A stretch of 64,000 nucleotides of DNA from an uncultured Chloroflexia bacterium (GCA_963703345.1 OY969814.1:1408001-1472000); one strand, 5' to 3'; positions 35,870 through 46,002 are shown, counted from the first letter of the stretch. A program made the numbers and translations. The notes: a model not told the origin generated them from the letters alone.

Positions 35870-37840
35870 CTGTCTGCTGAACAGGCTTCGGATGCGGCTA
35901 GTCATCGCTTCTCCTACCGGCCGGCCTTAGACGGCATCCGAGCCCTGGCGGTAGCGGCCGTCCTCGCCTACCATGGCAACCTGCCCTGGGCGAAAGGCGG
36001 CTTCCTTGGCGTCGATGCCTTCTTCGTCCTGAGCGGCTATCTAATCACCAGCCTTCTACTGCTGGAGTGGCGTACGCGGGGGAAGATCTCGCCGATAGCG
36101 TTCTGGTCGCGGCGGGCGAGGCGACTTCTTCCCGCACTTTTCCTGATGCTCATAGGCGTCGCCTTCTACGCCGTTGTCTTTGCCGCGCCGCAGGAGCTGG
36201 CGAAGATACGAGGCGATGCGCTGGCCACCATCGCCTACGTCGCCAACTGGCGGCCCGTCTTTAGCGGCCAGTCGTATTTCGATCAGTTCTCCATGCCGTC
36301 ACCACTCAGGCATACATGGTCGCTGGGAATAGAGGAGCAGTACTACGCCTTCTGGCCGTTGCTTCTCCTCCTCGTCCTGAAGATCAAGAAGATCACCCTG
36401 GGCAAGCTGATGCTGGGGACGATTGTGGCCGCGGCCTGCTCTGCGTTGCTCATGGCGCTTCTCTTTCATCCCGGCACCGACCCCTCGCGCGTCTACTACG
36501 GCACCGACACGCGTGCCCAATCACTATTCGTAGGCGCTACCCTCGCCGTCCTTCTCCTGCGGCTGGGGCCGATAGAGGGCCGGATTGGCTGGCCTGCCCT
36601 ACAAGGAGCCGGCCTGCTTTTCGCGGGAGTAGTCGCCTTCATCTGGCTGAGGACGACAGAGAGCAGCGACCTTCTGTATCGGGGCGGCTTCTTCTTCCTG
36701 GCGTTGAGCGTAGCCCTCGTCATAGCCGCCTCCGTGCAGCCGAAAGCGGGACCTGTAGGCAAGCTCCTATCGCTGCGTCCTTTGCGGTCCCTGGGGCTCA
36801 TCTCCTACGGCGTCTACCTCTGGCACTGGCCGATCTTCTTGATGCTAACGCCGGGTCGCGTCCATCTGGGGCTGTACGAGCTCTTTGCTCTGAGGGTTGT
36901 CGTTACCCTTGCCGTGTGCACCCTTTCCTACCACCTGCTGGAGATGCCGATAAGGCGGGGCGCCTTTCGAGGGAAGAAGATCACCTGGAGCTTCGCCCCG
37001 GCGGGCGCCGCCTGCCTGGCCGTGGCGCTGGTCGTCGTGACGCGGGGGGCTGTATCGCCGGCGGGCGCGTTCGACCTCGGGCAACCCGCGGACGCGCCGA
37101 TGCCGACGGCGGCAAGTACAGGCGAGCGGCCGCCTATTCGCGTCATGGTGCTCGGGGAATCCGTCGCGATGCTGCTCGATCCCGGCCTGAGCGACGTTGG
37201 ACGGCAATCAAACGTGGCGGTCTGGAACCGGGCCGCCGTGGGCTGCGGCTTCCTCGACCTGGAGGTATGGCATGATGCGCAGGGGAATCTCTCCAAGGCG
37301 GAGGCAGAGAAGTGCGCGGAGTGGCACCAATCATGGGCGCAGGACGTGGCGGGCTTCAAGCCGGACGTCGTCCTCATGGCGTTCGGCGTCTGGGATAGCG
37401 AGGACATCCAGACTTCCGGCGGCAAGCTGCTGGCTGGCACGCCGGAGTGGAACGTCTACGTCCACGACGGCCTGGAGAAGCGTTTCGTCACCCTCACGTC
37501 GCAGGGCGCGAAGCTGATACTGACGACCTTTCCCTATGTGCGACCGGGCCTATGGGACCTCGTCTCCAACGGGCAGCAAATCACCGACGACAGCGCCCGC
37601 CACATGGACGCCCTCAACGCTGTCTACCGAGGCTTCGCCGCCGAGCACCCCGGGCAGGTGTTCATCGCGGACCTGAACGCCTTCGCCGACCCGGAAGGGA
37701 AGTACACGGACCTCCACGTCGACGGCGTGAGGATGCGTGAGGACGGCGTCCACTTCACCACGGAAGGGTCATACGTGGTGGCGCGCTGGCTGGTCCCTAA
37801 GATCGCAGCCGTCGCCGGCGCGACACGCCCCGCAAGCTGA
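35870..37840 (+). CDS. OatA-like O-acyltransferase (AT3 + SGNH), paralog 2
   Basis: Same motifs as paralog 1, near-identical AT3 DNA, CTG start at 35870 after GAGGTG. Confidence 0.88.
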   Translation: MSAEQASDAASHRFSYRPALDGIRALAVAAVLAYHGNLPWAKGGFLGVDAFFVLSGYLITSLLLLEWRTRGKISPIAFWSRRARRLLPALFLMLIGVAFYAVVFAAPQELAKIRGDALATIAYVANWRPVFSGQSYFDQFSMPSPLRHTWSLGIEEQYYAFWPLLLLLVLKIKKITLGKLMLGTIVAAACSALLMALLFHPGTDPSRVYYGTDTRAQSLFVGATLAVLLLRLGPIEGRIGWPALQGAGLLFAGVVAFIWLRTTESSDLLYRGGFFFLALSVALVIAASVQPKAGPVGKLLSLRPLRSLGLISYGVYLWHWPIFLMLTPGRVHLGLYELFALRVVVTLAVCTLSYHLLEMPIRRGAFRGKKITWSFAPAGAACLAVALVVVTRGAVSPAGAFDLGQPADAPMPTAASTGERPPIRVMVLGESVAMLLDPGLSDVGRQSNVAVWNRAAVGCGFLDLEVWHDAQGNLSKAEAEKCAEWHQSWAQDVAGFKPDVVLMAFGVWDSEDIQTSGGKLLAGTPEWNVYVHDGLEKRFVTLTSQGAKLILTTFPYVRPGLWDLVSNGQQITDDSARHMDALNAVYRGFAAEHPGQVFIADLNAFADPEGKYTDLHVDGVRMREDGVHFTTEGSYVVARWLVPKIAAVAGATRPAS

Positions 37841-37984
37841 ACGTCGCCGCTCCCTCGTCTCGCCTGTTGGTCGGTTCAATGCCGGTCGCGGCCGCGGCTC
37901 GCTTTCGCCGAGCAAGGTGAACGGGCCACCCGCGTTGACCGATTCGACGCACCGGATGCAGAACTGGTCCACGAAGACGGGCAG

Positions 37985-38085
37985 GTCGCCGGGTCCGAGA
38001 CGAGTTGCGGGGCTGCGCGGGTCATCGCTATACTTGGATGCGATGCGGGGGTAGCTCAGCGGTAGAGCTCCTGCCTTCCAAGCAG
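37985..38085 (+). repeat. att-like direct repeat 1: 60-bp upstream/promoter region plus 5' half of tRNA-Gly(TCC) (38045-38085)
   Basis: Matches 56418-56518 with 2 mismatches; 38045-38085 is identical to the first 41 nt of the intact tRNA at 62227. Confidence 0.9.
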
Positions 38086-38182
38086 CCCGGGCCCACCGCT
38101 GTTCTCGGGCCGTAATAATACGACCAAGACAACGTCAGTTATCCGCTATTCCTAGTCAACCCGAGGAGCCGTTCATTCTGCT

Positions 38183-39063
38183 TTGAGCACATGCCATGAC
38201 CGAAAAAAGAACGTTCCGAAAGCGGCCCTAGACCCGCTTAACCGCCTCGCCCATCACTTGGGGCAGGCTGTCCAACTCCTCGAACTGTCCACCAAAGGAA
38301 TATCCGCTCTCGCAGCCACGCCGCAGGCCCTTCGGGCCCTAGCTGCCGCAAAGCCTACCTCAGACGTCGTAGCCGCTCAAACACGGCTTGGCACCGTGCA
38401 GAACCTCGCACAACTCGCCCAGACTGAAGTCGACACCGGTTTTCCCCTACTCTTCGCCCAAGCAACCTCTCCCTTTGGGCGGACTTAGAGAACGGCCTCC
38501 GCACCTTTCTCGCCGCGTGGTTGCATCATGAGAGCAGCGCCAAGACCATCGAGGCGATCCAGAAGTTGAAGGTGTCCTTGGGGGAATACGAAGCGATGGA
38601 CTCCGACGAACGTTGCCTCTACATCATTGACCGCCTGCAACAAGAAATGGAATCACGCAATCGCCGTGGCATAGACAGATTCGAGTTGCTTTTCGCGGCC
38701 TTCGGCTTCGAAACTAGCCTTGACGAGCGCTTGAAGAGAGATCTTCTTGAGCTCTACTTTGTCCGCAATCTCCTCGTTCACCGCAGGGGCATCGCAGATC
38801 GCAAGTTCATCCAGTCGTGCCCCTGGCTCCGCCTCTCTGTCGGGGAACAAATCACCATAACGTCCGCAGCGTACAAGAAGTATACCCACGCGGTGCTCGC
38901 CTATGTGATCGAGCTCATTGTCCGTGTCGGCGCCCGGATCGGCATCACCCGCTCTCAACTCAGCGGCGTGCCCCACGCTTACCAGCCCCGTGAAGCCTCG
39001 CTCACGTCGGCTTCCTCGTCTAAGCCAGTGAAGCCCGTCGCGAAGAATCGCTCCCGCCCGTGA
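38183..39063 (+). pseudogene. Frameshifted HEPN-like protein (Rx4H motif RNLLVH)
   Basis: ORFs 38183-38488 and 38521-39063 join by a single-base shift near 38467 (...GFPLLFAQAT / LSLWADLENGLRTFL...). RNLLVH at 38764-38781. Confidence 0.55.
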
Positions 39064-39169
39064 CCCGTCAGCTTGGGTACCACGACCCGCACGTCAAGGG
39101 TTTCCGATGCTTGCGCCGCGTACCTGGTCCCGGCGAAACCTTGCCGACCCTCCACACTCCTGGTATCCT
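39035..39169 (+). repeat. Conserved non-coding element module, copy A (hairpin plus outward promoter)
   Basis: Aligns with 58412-58536 (ccgtcgc..atcgctcc.gcccgtga..cagctt.ggt.cc...acccgcacgtcaaggg..ccgatg..tgcgcc) and ends in TTGCCG-17-TATCCT. Confidence 0.7.
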
Positions 39170-39199
39170 CGTCTTCGATCGTTCCGAGGCCAAGCACGA

Positions 39200-39343
39200 A
39201 TGTCACTCCTCGACATCTGGCGCCTGAACCCCGAACTCGCCGACAAGCGCGTCGATCAGATTATCGCCGTGGCGGGCTCCGGCAAGCTACGCGACCGCAG
39301 CGACGCCTCCCTCGAACTCCGCGAATTCCTCGCGACAGAGTGA
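39200..39343 (+). pseudogene. Truncated N-terminal gene fragment (MSLLDIWRLNPELADKRVDQIIAVAGSGKLRDRSDASLELREFL)
   Basis: Protein-like 47-aa ORF directly behind the element promoter, ending abruptly. Confidence 0.4.
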
Positions 39344-39967
39344 AACGGTCCTTGAACCGGATGGCGCTGGGGACGCCGGTCTGGAGGCCCGCACAAGCGC
39401 CGCCGCCCATTCCATCGGGCCGGGCATTTCGCCCGGCCGTTTTCACCTCAGAGCGGCGACCATCTGCTTTCTAGGCAGAGGGTTTGCGCTCCTCTGCCGG
39501 CATTCGGCGGTCCTCGTTTGCCACTCACCGCTCTCTCCAGATACGCACGGGATGTTGGCGCCCCACAGGGACAATCTGAGATTGCGACTTGACTGCGCGC
39601 GTTTGCTCTTGACAGTCGGTGCGTGCCCGTTACAATTCGCACCATGGGGCAAAGCAGGGACGGCTGAGCCCCAAGCGCACCCCCGCCGCTGCGCGCTTCC
39701 AGTATCATCACCAGTCACGGTTCTCGCTCAGCCGTCCCTCTCATCCTAGAGCCGTCAGCAGCGCGCTCGTCAAGGAGAGTGCTAGGGACTTGACATGGGC
39801 TCACAACGGAGCGTCACCGGGGGACAACTTAAGGCTGCGGATGCGCTACGGCATCTAGCCTTGCCAGAGGGCGCGGTTCGTCTGACATCGTCAGCCAGTC
39901 CGCGTGAAACGCCTGATCAAGGCGATGGAGCTTCTTCTGGGCTATCTGATGAGTCAAGAGAGCAGGA

Positions 39968-40435
39968 ATGACAGCGGACAATCTCGCGCCGCCCGACCGG
40001 GAAGAATGGGCGAGCCTTTACGCCGCCTTCACCATTCTGCGCAAGGAGACGGACCGTGCGTTGTCGGACGGGCAGGTCACAATGTTTCCCCGCTCTTTTC
40101 CCCAAGTGGCCGTGCTGGCTCTCCTCGCGGAAGCCGAGCGCCCGCTGCCCGTGACGAGGATCGCGAGGTTGCTGCTGCAGGAGAGTTCCAGCGTCAGCAA
40201 CCTCGTTGATCGGATGTGCGAGAGGGGTCTTGTGGAGCGGGTGAAGGATCCCCGTGATCGACGTGTGGTCTTGGTGACGCTTACCGATCTGGGGCGCCGG
40301 GTGCACGACGATGGCCGGTCGTCGGCAGCGGCAGTCAGCAACGAGTTTTTTGGTGTCCTGTCGATGGAGGAGAGGGCGACCCTCAGAGACCTGCTTCAAA
40401 AGTTAACACGGCGCAACATTCGGCGCCTTGGCTGA
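39968..40435 (+). CDS. MarR-family transcriptional regulator
   Basis: SSVSNLVDRM..RGLVER..DP.DRRVV.V.LT..G winged-helix signature. Confidence 0.88.
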   Translation: MTADNLAPPDREEWASLYAAFTILRKETDRALSDGQVTMFPRSFPQVAVLALLAEAERPLPVTRIARLLLQESSSVSNLVDRMCERGLVERVKDPRDRRVVLVTLTDLGRRVHDDGRSSAAAVSNEFFGVLSMEERATLRDLLQKLTRRNIRRLG

Positions 40436-40709
40436 AGGTCTCGCTGAACCCCGTATGCCTTATTCGTATATCCCCTCGGCGCGCTTAAGGATGAGCCTGA
40501 CGTGCTCGACCTCGGCCTCGTCGGTGTGGGGTGCCAAAGGCCCATCCGTATCTGGAGGGCAGCACTCGACCCTCTTCGTGATAGGCAGCGGGTCACTCGC
40601 ACGTTGGAAGTGTGTCATGAGGGACAACGCTAGCGCCGCGGGGACCGTACCGCACACCAAGACCTGATCGTGTCGGTCCTGAAATAACTGCCTGCGGCAA
40701 AAGCCCACA

Positions 40710-40738
40710 TTGGCGGCTCCCCACGCGTAGGCTATAAT
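40710..40738 (+). promoter_or_regulatory. Promoter of the RM gene, probably producing a leaderless mRNA
   Basis: TTGGCG-17-TATAAT ending 7 nt before ATG 40746; no SD. Confidence 0.55.
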
Positions 40739-40745
40739 CGCATCC

Positions 40746-43574
40746 ATGGACTCCCTCGGATTCGTCAAGAAGTGGGCCGCCTCCACCCAAAGCGAAAGTG
40801 CGGCTGCGCAGGAGCATTTCATCGACCTCTGCCACACGCTGAATGAGGGCACGCCCAATGATGACCCCAGCGGCGATTACTTCGCCTTTGAGAAGGGCGC
40901 CAAGCGGCCCGACGGCGACGGATTCGCGGACGTATGGCTCAAGAACCACTTTGCCTGGGAGTACAAAGGCAAACACAAAGACCTGGGCAATGCTTACAAG
41001 CAAGTTCAGACGTATCGCGAGGCGCTGGGCAACCCGCCGCTGCTGGTGGTCTGCGATATAGAACGATTCGAGGTCCACACCAACTGGACGAATACGGAGA
41101 CCTGGATCTACCGCTTTCGTAACGCCGACATCGCCCTGGACGAGCCGGTTGAAGTCACCACCTACGGCGGGCCCGCTGCCGACGCCCCGAAGCTCACCGC
41201 CCTGCAAGTCCTGAAGGCGCTTTTCGAGGAGCCGGAGCGCCTGAAGCCCCTGCGGACCACGGAGCAAATCACGCAGGAAGCCGCCAAGCTCTTCGGCCGC
41301 ATCACTGACGACCTGCGCAAATGGAAGGTGGAGGACATGCGCATCGCTCGCTTCGTAACGCGGGTGATGTTCTGCATGTTCGCAACGGACGTGGGCCTTC
41401 TGCCGCGCGAGACCTTCAGCGAGGTCATCAACGTCAACAAGGACGACCCCGCCGCATTCCGCGAGAACCTGTCGGCGCTGTTCGGCGTCATGGCGGAAGG
41501 CGGCAAGTTCCTCATGCACCCCGTTCCCCACTTCAACGGCCGCTTGTTTGAGGACAGCGACGTGCCCGACGAGATCCACGGCGAGCATGTGCGTGTGCTG
41601 GAAGACCTCAACGACCTCAACTGGGCGGATGTCGAACCGGTAATCTTCGGCACCCTGTTCGAGCGGGTCATCGACCCCGCTCAGCGCAGGCGGATCGGCG
41701 CGCACTACACGTCCCGCGCGGATATCGAGCTGATCGTTGAGCCGGTGCTGATGGCGCCCCTCAGACGCGAGTGGGACCAGATCAAGGCGGCGGCAGAGGA
41801 CCTGGCGGAGAACGCGGCTTCGCGGCGGCGCATCGCCCGAGCGCTGCAGACGTTCCATGAGCGGCTGGCAACCATCCGCGTCCTTGACCCAGCCTGTGGC
41901 TCCGGCAACTTCCTCTACGTCTCCCTGGCTCTTCTCAAGGCTCTCGAAAAAGAGGTTGTCGCCTTCGCGTCGTTGCATGACATTGCGCTCGTCCCGCGCG
42001 TTCACCCGCGCCAACTGATGGGCCTGGAGATCAGCGAGTACGCGCGCGAGCTGGCGTCCATAGTCATCTGGATAGGTTACCTGCAGTGGAAGCACCGCAA
42101 CGTGATGCCATTCGACGACGAGACTCCGATCTTGCAGCCGCTGGACCAAATCGCGTTCGGAGATGCCATCGTTGACCTCTCGGACCCCAGCCGGCCGCGC
42201 ATCCCTGAGTGGCCGGAAGCGGACGTAATCGTGGGCAACCCGCCGTTCCTCGGCGGCAAGCTCCTGCGCCGGCACCTGGGCGACGAATACGTTGACAAGT
42301 TGTTCGCCGCCTGGGACGGGCAGGTGGCTCGTGAGTCCGATCTCTGCTGCTACTGGTTCGAGCAGGGCCGCCGCGCCGTCGAAGCAGGCCGCGCCAGACG
42401 CGTGGGGCTTCTTGCCACTCAAGCGATCCGGGGCGGGGCCAACCGGCGCGTTCTGCAACGGATCAAGGAGACCGGCGACATCTTCTACGCTCAGGCCGAC
42501 CGCAAGTGGATACAGGACGGAGTTGCGGTCCGTGTCGCAATGATAGGGTTCGATGACGGCAGTCAACAGGAACGACTGCTGAACGAAGAGAAGGACGACG
42601 CGCCGGAACACGCCCTAGCACACGCCCGCCGCGTGTCCCAAATGAACGCCAACTTGACCTCTGCCGCGGACGTGACGAAGGCGCGACGCCTCGAAGAGAA
42701 TCTGGGTATTTCTTTCATGGGCGACACGAAGGTAGGGCCGTTTGAGATACCGGAGGCAAGAGCCAAAGAGATGCTGGGCAAGCCCAACCCGCACGGCAGA
42801 CCAAACTCAGATGTGGTGCGTCCTTGGGTGAACGGCTTGGATATCACGAGACGCCCACGGCACATGTGGATCATTGATTTCCCTCCCGGCACCAGCGAGA
42901 GCGAAGCTGCCCTCTACGAGGCGCCATTCGAGTACATCAAGAAATACGTTAAGCCCTTCCGAAAAAAGGCGCGGTCGGGGGACAGGACGGGAGTCGCGTG
43001 GTGGATACACCAGAGACCGCGACCGGAGTTGCGGGCGGCGCTCGAAGGGCTTCCACGGTATATTGCCACCACCCGCGTTGCGAAGTACCGCTCGTTTGTA
43101 TGGCTGACACCTGCCGTGTTGCCGGACTGCCGCCTTATCGCGTTTGCCCGCGCGGACGACTACTTCTTCGGCGTCCTGCATTCGCGGGCCGACGAAGTGT
43201 GGGCTTTGCTCCTAGGCAGCCAGCTTGAGTCGCGCCCGCATTACACGCCGACGACTTCCTTCGAGACGTTCTCGCTCCCGCACCCGACACCGAGTCAAAA
43301 GGCCGCGATCGCTGAGGCGGCGCGGGAACTCGATGAGCTGCGCCAGGCCTGGCTCAACCCGCCGGAGGACAACATTGCTCCCAGCGAGTTAAGGAAGCGC
43401 ACCCTAACCAACCTCTACAACCAGCGCCCCACATGGCTGGCAAACGCGCATCGCAAGCTGGACGAGGCGGTGTTCGCGGCATACGGCTGGCCGGAGTCGC
43501 CTGACGCGCTGTCGGACGCCGAAATCGTCAAGCGCCTGCTTGCGCTGAACCTGCAGCGGGAGGCGGTTGAGTAG
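40746..43574 (+). CDS. MmeI-like type IIG/IIL restriction-modification enzyme (nuclease + N6-adenine MTase + target recognition domain)
   Basis: N-terminal ADVW...WEYK (PD-(D/E)xK-like), GAHYT, VLDPACGSGNFL, IVGNPPF and C-terminal TLTNLYN.RP.WL..AH..LD.AV..AYGW. Confidence 0.88.
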   Translation: MDSLGFVKKWAASTQSESAAAQEHFIDLCHTLNEGTPNDDPSGDYFAFEKGAKRPDGDGFADVWLKNHFAWEYKGKHKDLGNAYKQVQTYREALGNPPLLVVCDIERFEVHTNWTNTETWIYRFRNADIALDEPVEVTTYGGPAADAPKLTALQVLKALFEEPERLKPLRTTEQITQEAAKLFGRITDDLRKWKVEDMRIARFVTRVMFCMFATDVGLLPRETFSEVINVNKDDPAAFRENLSALFGVMAEGGKFLMHPVPHFNGRLFEDSDVPDEIHGEHVRVLEDLNDLNWADVEPVIFGTLFERVIDPAQRRRIGAHYTSRADIELIVEPVLMAPLRREWDQIKAAAEDLAENAASRRRIARALQTFHERLATIRVLDPACGSGNFLYVSLALLKALEKEVVAFASLHDIALVPRVHPRQLMGLEISEYARELASIVIWIGYLQWKHRNVMPFDDETPILQPLDQIAFGDAIVDLSDPSRPRIPEWPEADVIVGNPPFLGGKLLRRHLGDEYVDKLFAAWDGQVARESDLCCYWFEQGRRAVEAGRARRVGLLATQAIRGGANRRVLQRIKETGDIFYAQADRKWIQDGVAVRVAMIGFDDGSQQERLLNEEKDDAPEHALAHARRVSQMNANLTSAADVTKARRLEENLGISFMGDTKVGPFEIPEARAKEMLGKPNPHGRPNSDVVRPWVNGLDITRRPRHMWIIDFPPGTSESEAALYEAPFEYIKKYVKPFRKKARSGDRTGVAWWIHQRPRPELRAALEGLPRYIATTRVAKYRSFVWLTPAVLPDCRLIAFARADDYFFGVLHSRADEVWALLLGSQLESRPHYTPTTSFETFSLPHPTPSQKAAIAEAARELDELRQAWLNPPEDNIAPSELRKRTLTNLYNQRPTWLANAHRKLDEAVFAAYGWPESPDALSDAEIVKRLLALNLQREAVE

Positions 43575-43745
43575 CTAAGGCCGGGCCTGGCGCTCGAGGA
43601 GGCGAATTCGTCGGGCGGCCCGACCTTGGGCTGGGATGGCGAACCTAGCCATCAACATCCACACTTAGTGTCTGTTTGTCCCTTGGTGCCGGTCAACCGC
43701 TTACGAATGGAACTCACTTCGTAACCGCGGCGTTGTCCAAGATCA

Positions 43746-44786
43746 TCACAGAACATCAAGAGAACCATCCTGCTCCGGGTGGCTCTCTTCGGCGGGATGT
43801 CCGCCGAACCGCTCTTGCACACGCGCCAGTATTTCGCCTGCCTCCCGCATCATCCTCGAGAGGAGTTCTTCGCAGCTTACGACGTCGTCAACGAGCCCGA
43901 TGGACTGGCCAACCGGGAACGGGCTGCACTCGACGTCGCCGGTCTCCCAGGCCACGCTCTGACGCTGGCCGTCGATCAAGGGGATGATCTCTTCCAAACC
44001 GCCTCGTCGGGCTTCGACCTCGATCACCTTCTCGACCTGCGCGTTCCTCAGGGCCCGCATCTGTAGGTTGATGCTCCGGCAGATCATGACCGTGTCATTC
44101 TCGTGCCGCTGGACGAGCTCTTCTTTGATGCGCTGGTGCGCGAGACACTCGGTCGTAGCTATGAACCGCGAGGCCATCATCACGCCCTCGGCTCCCAGCA
44201 CCATGGCCGCCGCCATCCCGCGTCCATCGGCGATGCCGCCCGCCGTGACGACGGGGATGCCCACCGACTGGCAGATCCGCGGCGTGAGCAGCATTGTCGT
44301 GACGTCTTCGTTCAGGGGATGCCCGCCCTCTTCGAAGCCGGCGGCGATCACGGCGTCGTAGCCCGCCTCCTCGGCGTGCATGGCGTGCTTCACCGCGCCG
44401 ACCTTGTGTATCAGCTTGACGCCCGAGTCCCCCGCCCGGCGGATGGCGTCGGGTCCCAGGTACTTGTCCAGAGGCGCGCCTGATATATCGATGGCGCATA
44501 CCTTCTCCTCACAGCAGACGGCGAAGTACCCTTGGTGCAGGTCCTTGGCGATGCGGACGGACGGCAAAAGCGTCAGGTTTACGCAAAACGGCTTGTCTGT
44601 GAGCTGTCTCGTCCTGGCAATGGCCTGGCGTAGCGCGTCCGCGGAGTCGTAGTTGCCGGCGGTCAAGTTGCCGAGGCCGCCGGCGTTGGATACGGCGGCG
44701 CAGAGCTCCGGCTTCGCCAGCCACATCATCGCGCCGCAGAGGATCGGATACTTGATGCCGAACAGCTCCGTGACCCTTGTCTTCAT
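43746..44786 (-). CDS. Nitronate monooxygenase / FabK-like flavoenzyme
   Basis: TELFGIKYPI, AAVSNAGGLG, G.E.GGH and AGGIADGRG motifs; GAGGAGG SD. Confidence 0.85.
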   Translation of the reverse strand: MKTRVTELFGIKYPILCGAMMWLAKPELCAAVSNAGGLGNLTAGNYDSADALRQAIARTRQLTDKPFCVNLTLLPSVRIAKDLHQGYFAVCCEEKVCAIDISGAPLDKYLGPDAIRRAGDSGVKLIHKVGAVKHAMHAEEAGYDAVIAAGFEEGGHPLNEDVTTMLLTPRICQSVGIPVVTAGGIADGRGMAAAMVLGAEGVMMASRFIATTECLAHQRIKEELVQRHENDTVMICRSINLQMRALRNAQVEKVIEVEARRGGLEEIIPLIDGQRQSVAWETGDVECSPFPVGQSIGLVDDVVSCEELLSRMMREAGEILARVQERFGGHPAEESHPEQDGSLDVL

Positions 44787-44967
44787 CAGTCTCCTCCTCG
44801 CTTCGATCACTTGAGAAGCGGTCTCATCCTATTGCCTTCGCCGCATGGACACAATCGAAGGGGCACCGGCGGCTGCGCAAGACCCAATCGACTGCTTAAC
44901 GTATGATATTGCCGGCAGGACCCTGACAAATACCGCAGGCCACAATGATGCTAGGAGTCAGAGAGCC

Positions 44968-46002
44968 ATGATGGTAGTGATGAAGAAAGACCACAGCCCG
45001 CAGGAGTTGCAGGCGGTACTTGACCACCTGGAGGAAGGTGGGCTTTCCGGTCATAAGATCATTGGCGTCGAACGGACCGTCGTCGGCGTCGTCGGCCTGA
45101 TCTACCCTGAGCTTTCCGATGAGCTGAGGGCCTTCCCGGGTGTCGACCAGACGGTGCCCATCTCCAAGCCGTACAAGCTGGCGAGCCGCGAACTCAGGCC
45201 GCACGACACCATCGTGAAAGTGGGCAACGTCGAGATAGGCGGCGGCTCAACCGTCGTCATCGCTGGCCAGTGCTCGGTCGACACGCCGGAGCAAATGCTG
45301 GAGACGGCACAGGCGGTGAAAGCGGCCGGCGGGCACCTCCTTCGCGGCGGCGCCTTCAAGCCGCGGAGCAGCCCTCACGCCTTTCGCGGCCTGGTCGAAG
45401 AGGGGCTGCGCATCCTGGCGGAGGCGGGCGCGGCGGTCGGATTGCCGACGGTCAGCGAAGTCATGGACCCCCGCGATGTCGAGATCGTCGCCGAGCACGT
45501 CGACCTCCTGCAAATCGGCACCCGCAACGCCCAGAACTACTATCTGCTGGACGAGGTCGGCAACTGCGACAAGCCCGTGTTGCTGAAGCGCGGCATGGCC
45601 TGCTCCGTCGAGGAGTGGCTGCTCTGCGCCGAGTACGTTTTGGCGCGCGGCAACCAGCAGGTGATCCTTTGCGAACGCGGCATCCGCACCTTCGAGACCG
45701 GCACGCGGTTCACCCTCGACGTCGCCGCCATACCGCTGGCGAAGCGCCTCAGCCACCTTCCGGTCGTCGCCGACCCAAGCCACGGGACGGGCCGCTGGTA
45801 CCTGGTCGAGCCGATGTCCCTGGCGTCGGTGGCGGCGGGCGCGGACGGCCTGATGGTCGAGATCCACCCCGATCCGGACCGCGCGCTCTCCGATGGCGCC
45901 CAGAGCCTGACGTTCGCCAACTTCGCCCATTTGATGGAGCGCGTCAGGGTCGTGAGCGAGGCGGTTCAGCATCCCTTCGCTCGCGTCTTGGAGCGAGACT
46001 AG
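44968..46002 (+). CDS. aroF: DAHP synthase, type I-beta with N-terminal regulatory domain
   Basis: KPYKLASRE, LRGGAFKPR.SP, QIG.RN.QN, LLKRG, CERGIRTF and DPSHGTG motifs. Confidence 0.92.
   Translation: MMVVMKKDHSPQELQAVLDHLEEGGLSGHKIIGVERTVVGVVGLIYPELSDELRAFPGVDQTVPISKPYKLASRELRPHDTIVKVGNVEIGGGSTVVIAGQCSVDTPEQMLETAQAVKAAGGHLLRGGAFKPRSSPHAFRGLVEEGLRILAEAGAAVGLPTVSEVMDPRDVEIVAEHVDLLQIGTRNAQNYYLLDEVGNCDKPVLLKRGMACSVEEWLLCAEYVLARGNQQVILCERGIRTFETGTRFTLDVAAIPLAKRLSHLPVVADPSHGTGRWYLVEPMSLASVAAGADGLMVEIHPDPDRALSDGAQSLTFANFAHLMERVRVVSEAVQHPFARVLERD

Noticed and set aside
38045-38085. Additional functional tRNA-Gly genes at 38045 and 56478, or a split/permuted tRNA
   Set aside because: Both stop after the anticodon arm, no separate 3' half exists, and att-site remnants explain them.
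39568-39840. Short similar motifs GGGACAATCTGAGATTGCG and GGGACAACTTAAGGCTGCG upstream of marR
   Set aside because: Only a loose 19-bp match without clear symmetry; cannot be distinguished from chance.
40460-40650. Possible gene remnant on the minus strand (…PLAPHTDEAEVEHVRLILKRAEGIYE)
   Set aside because: No start, SD or recognisable family; too weak to call.
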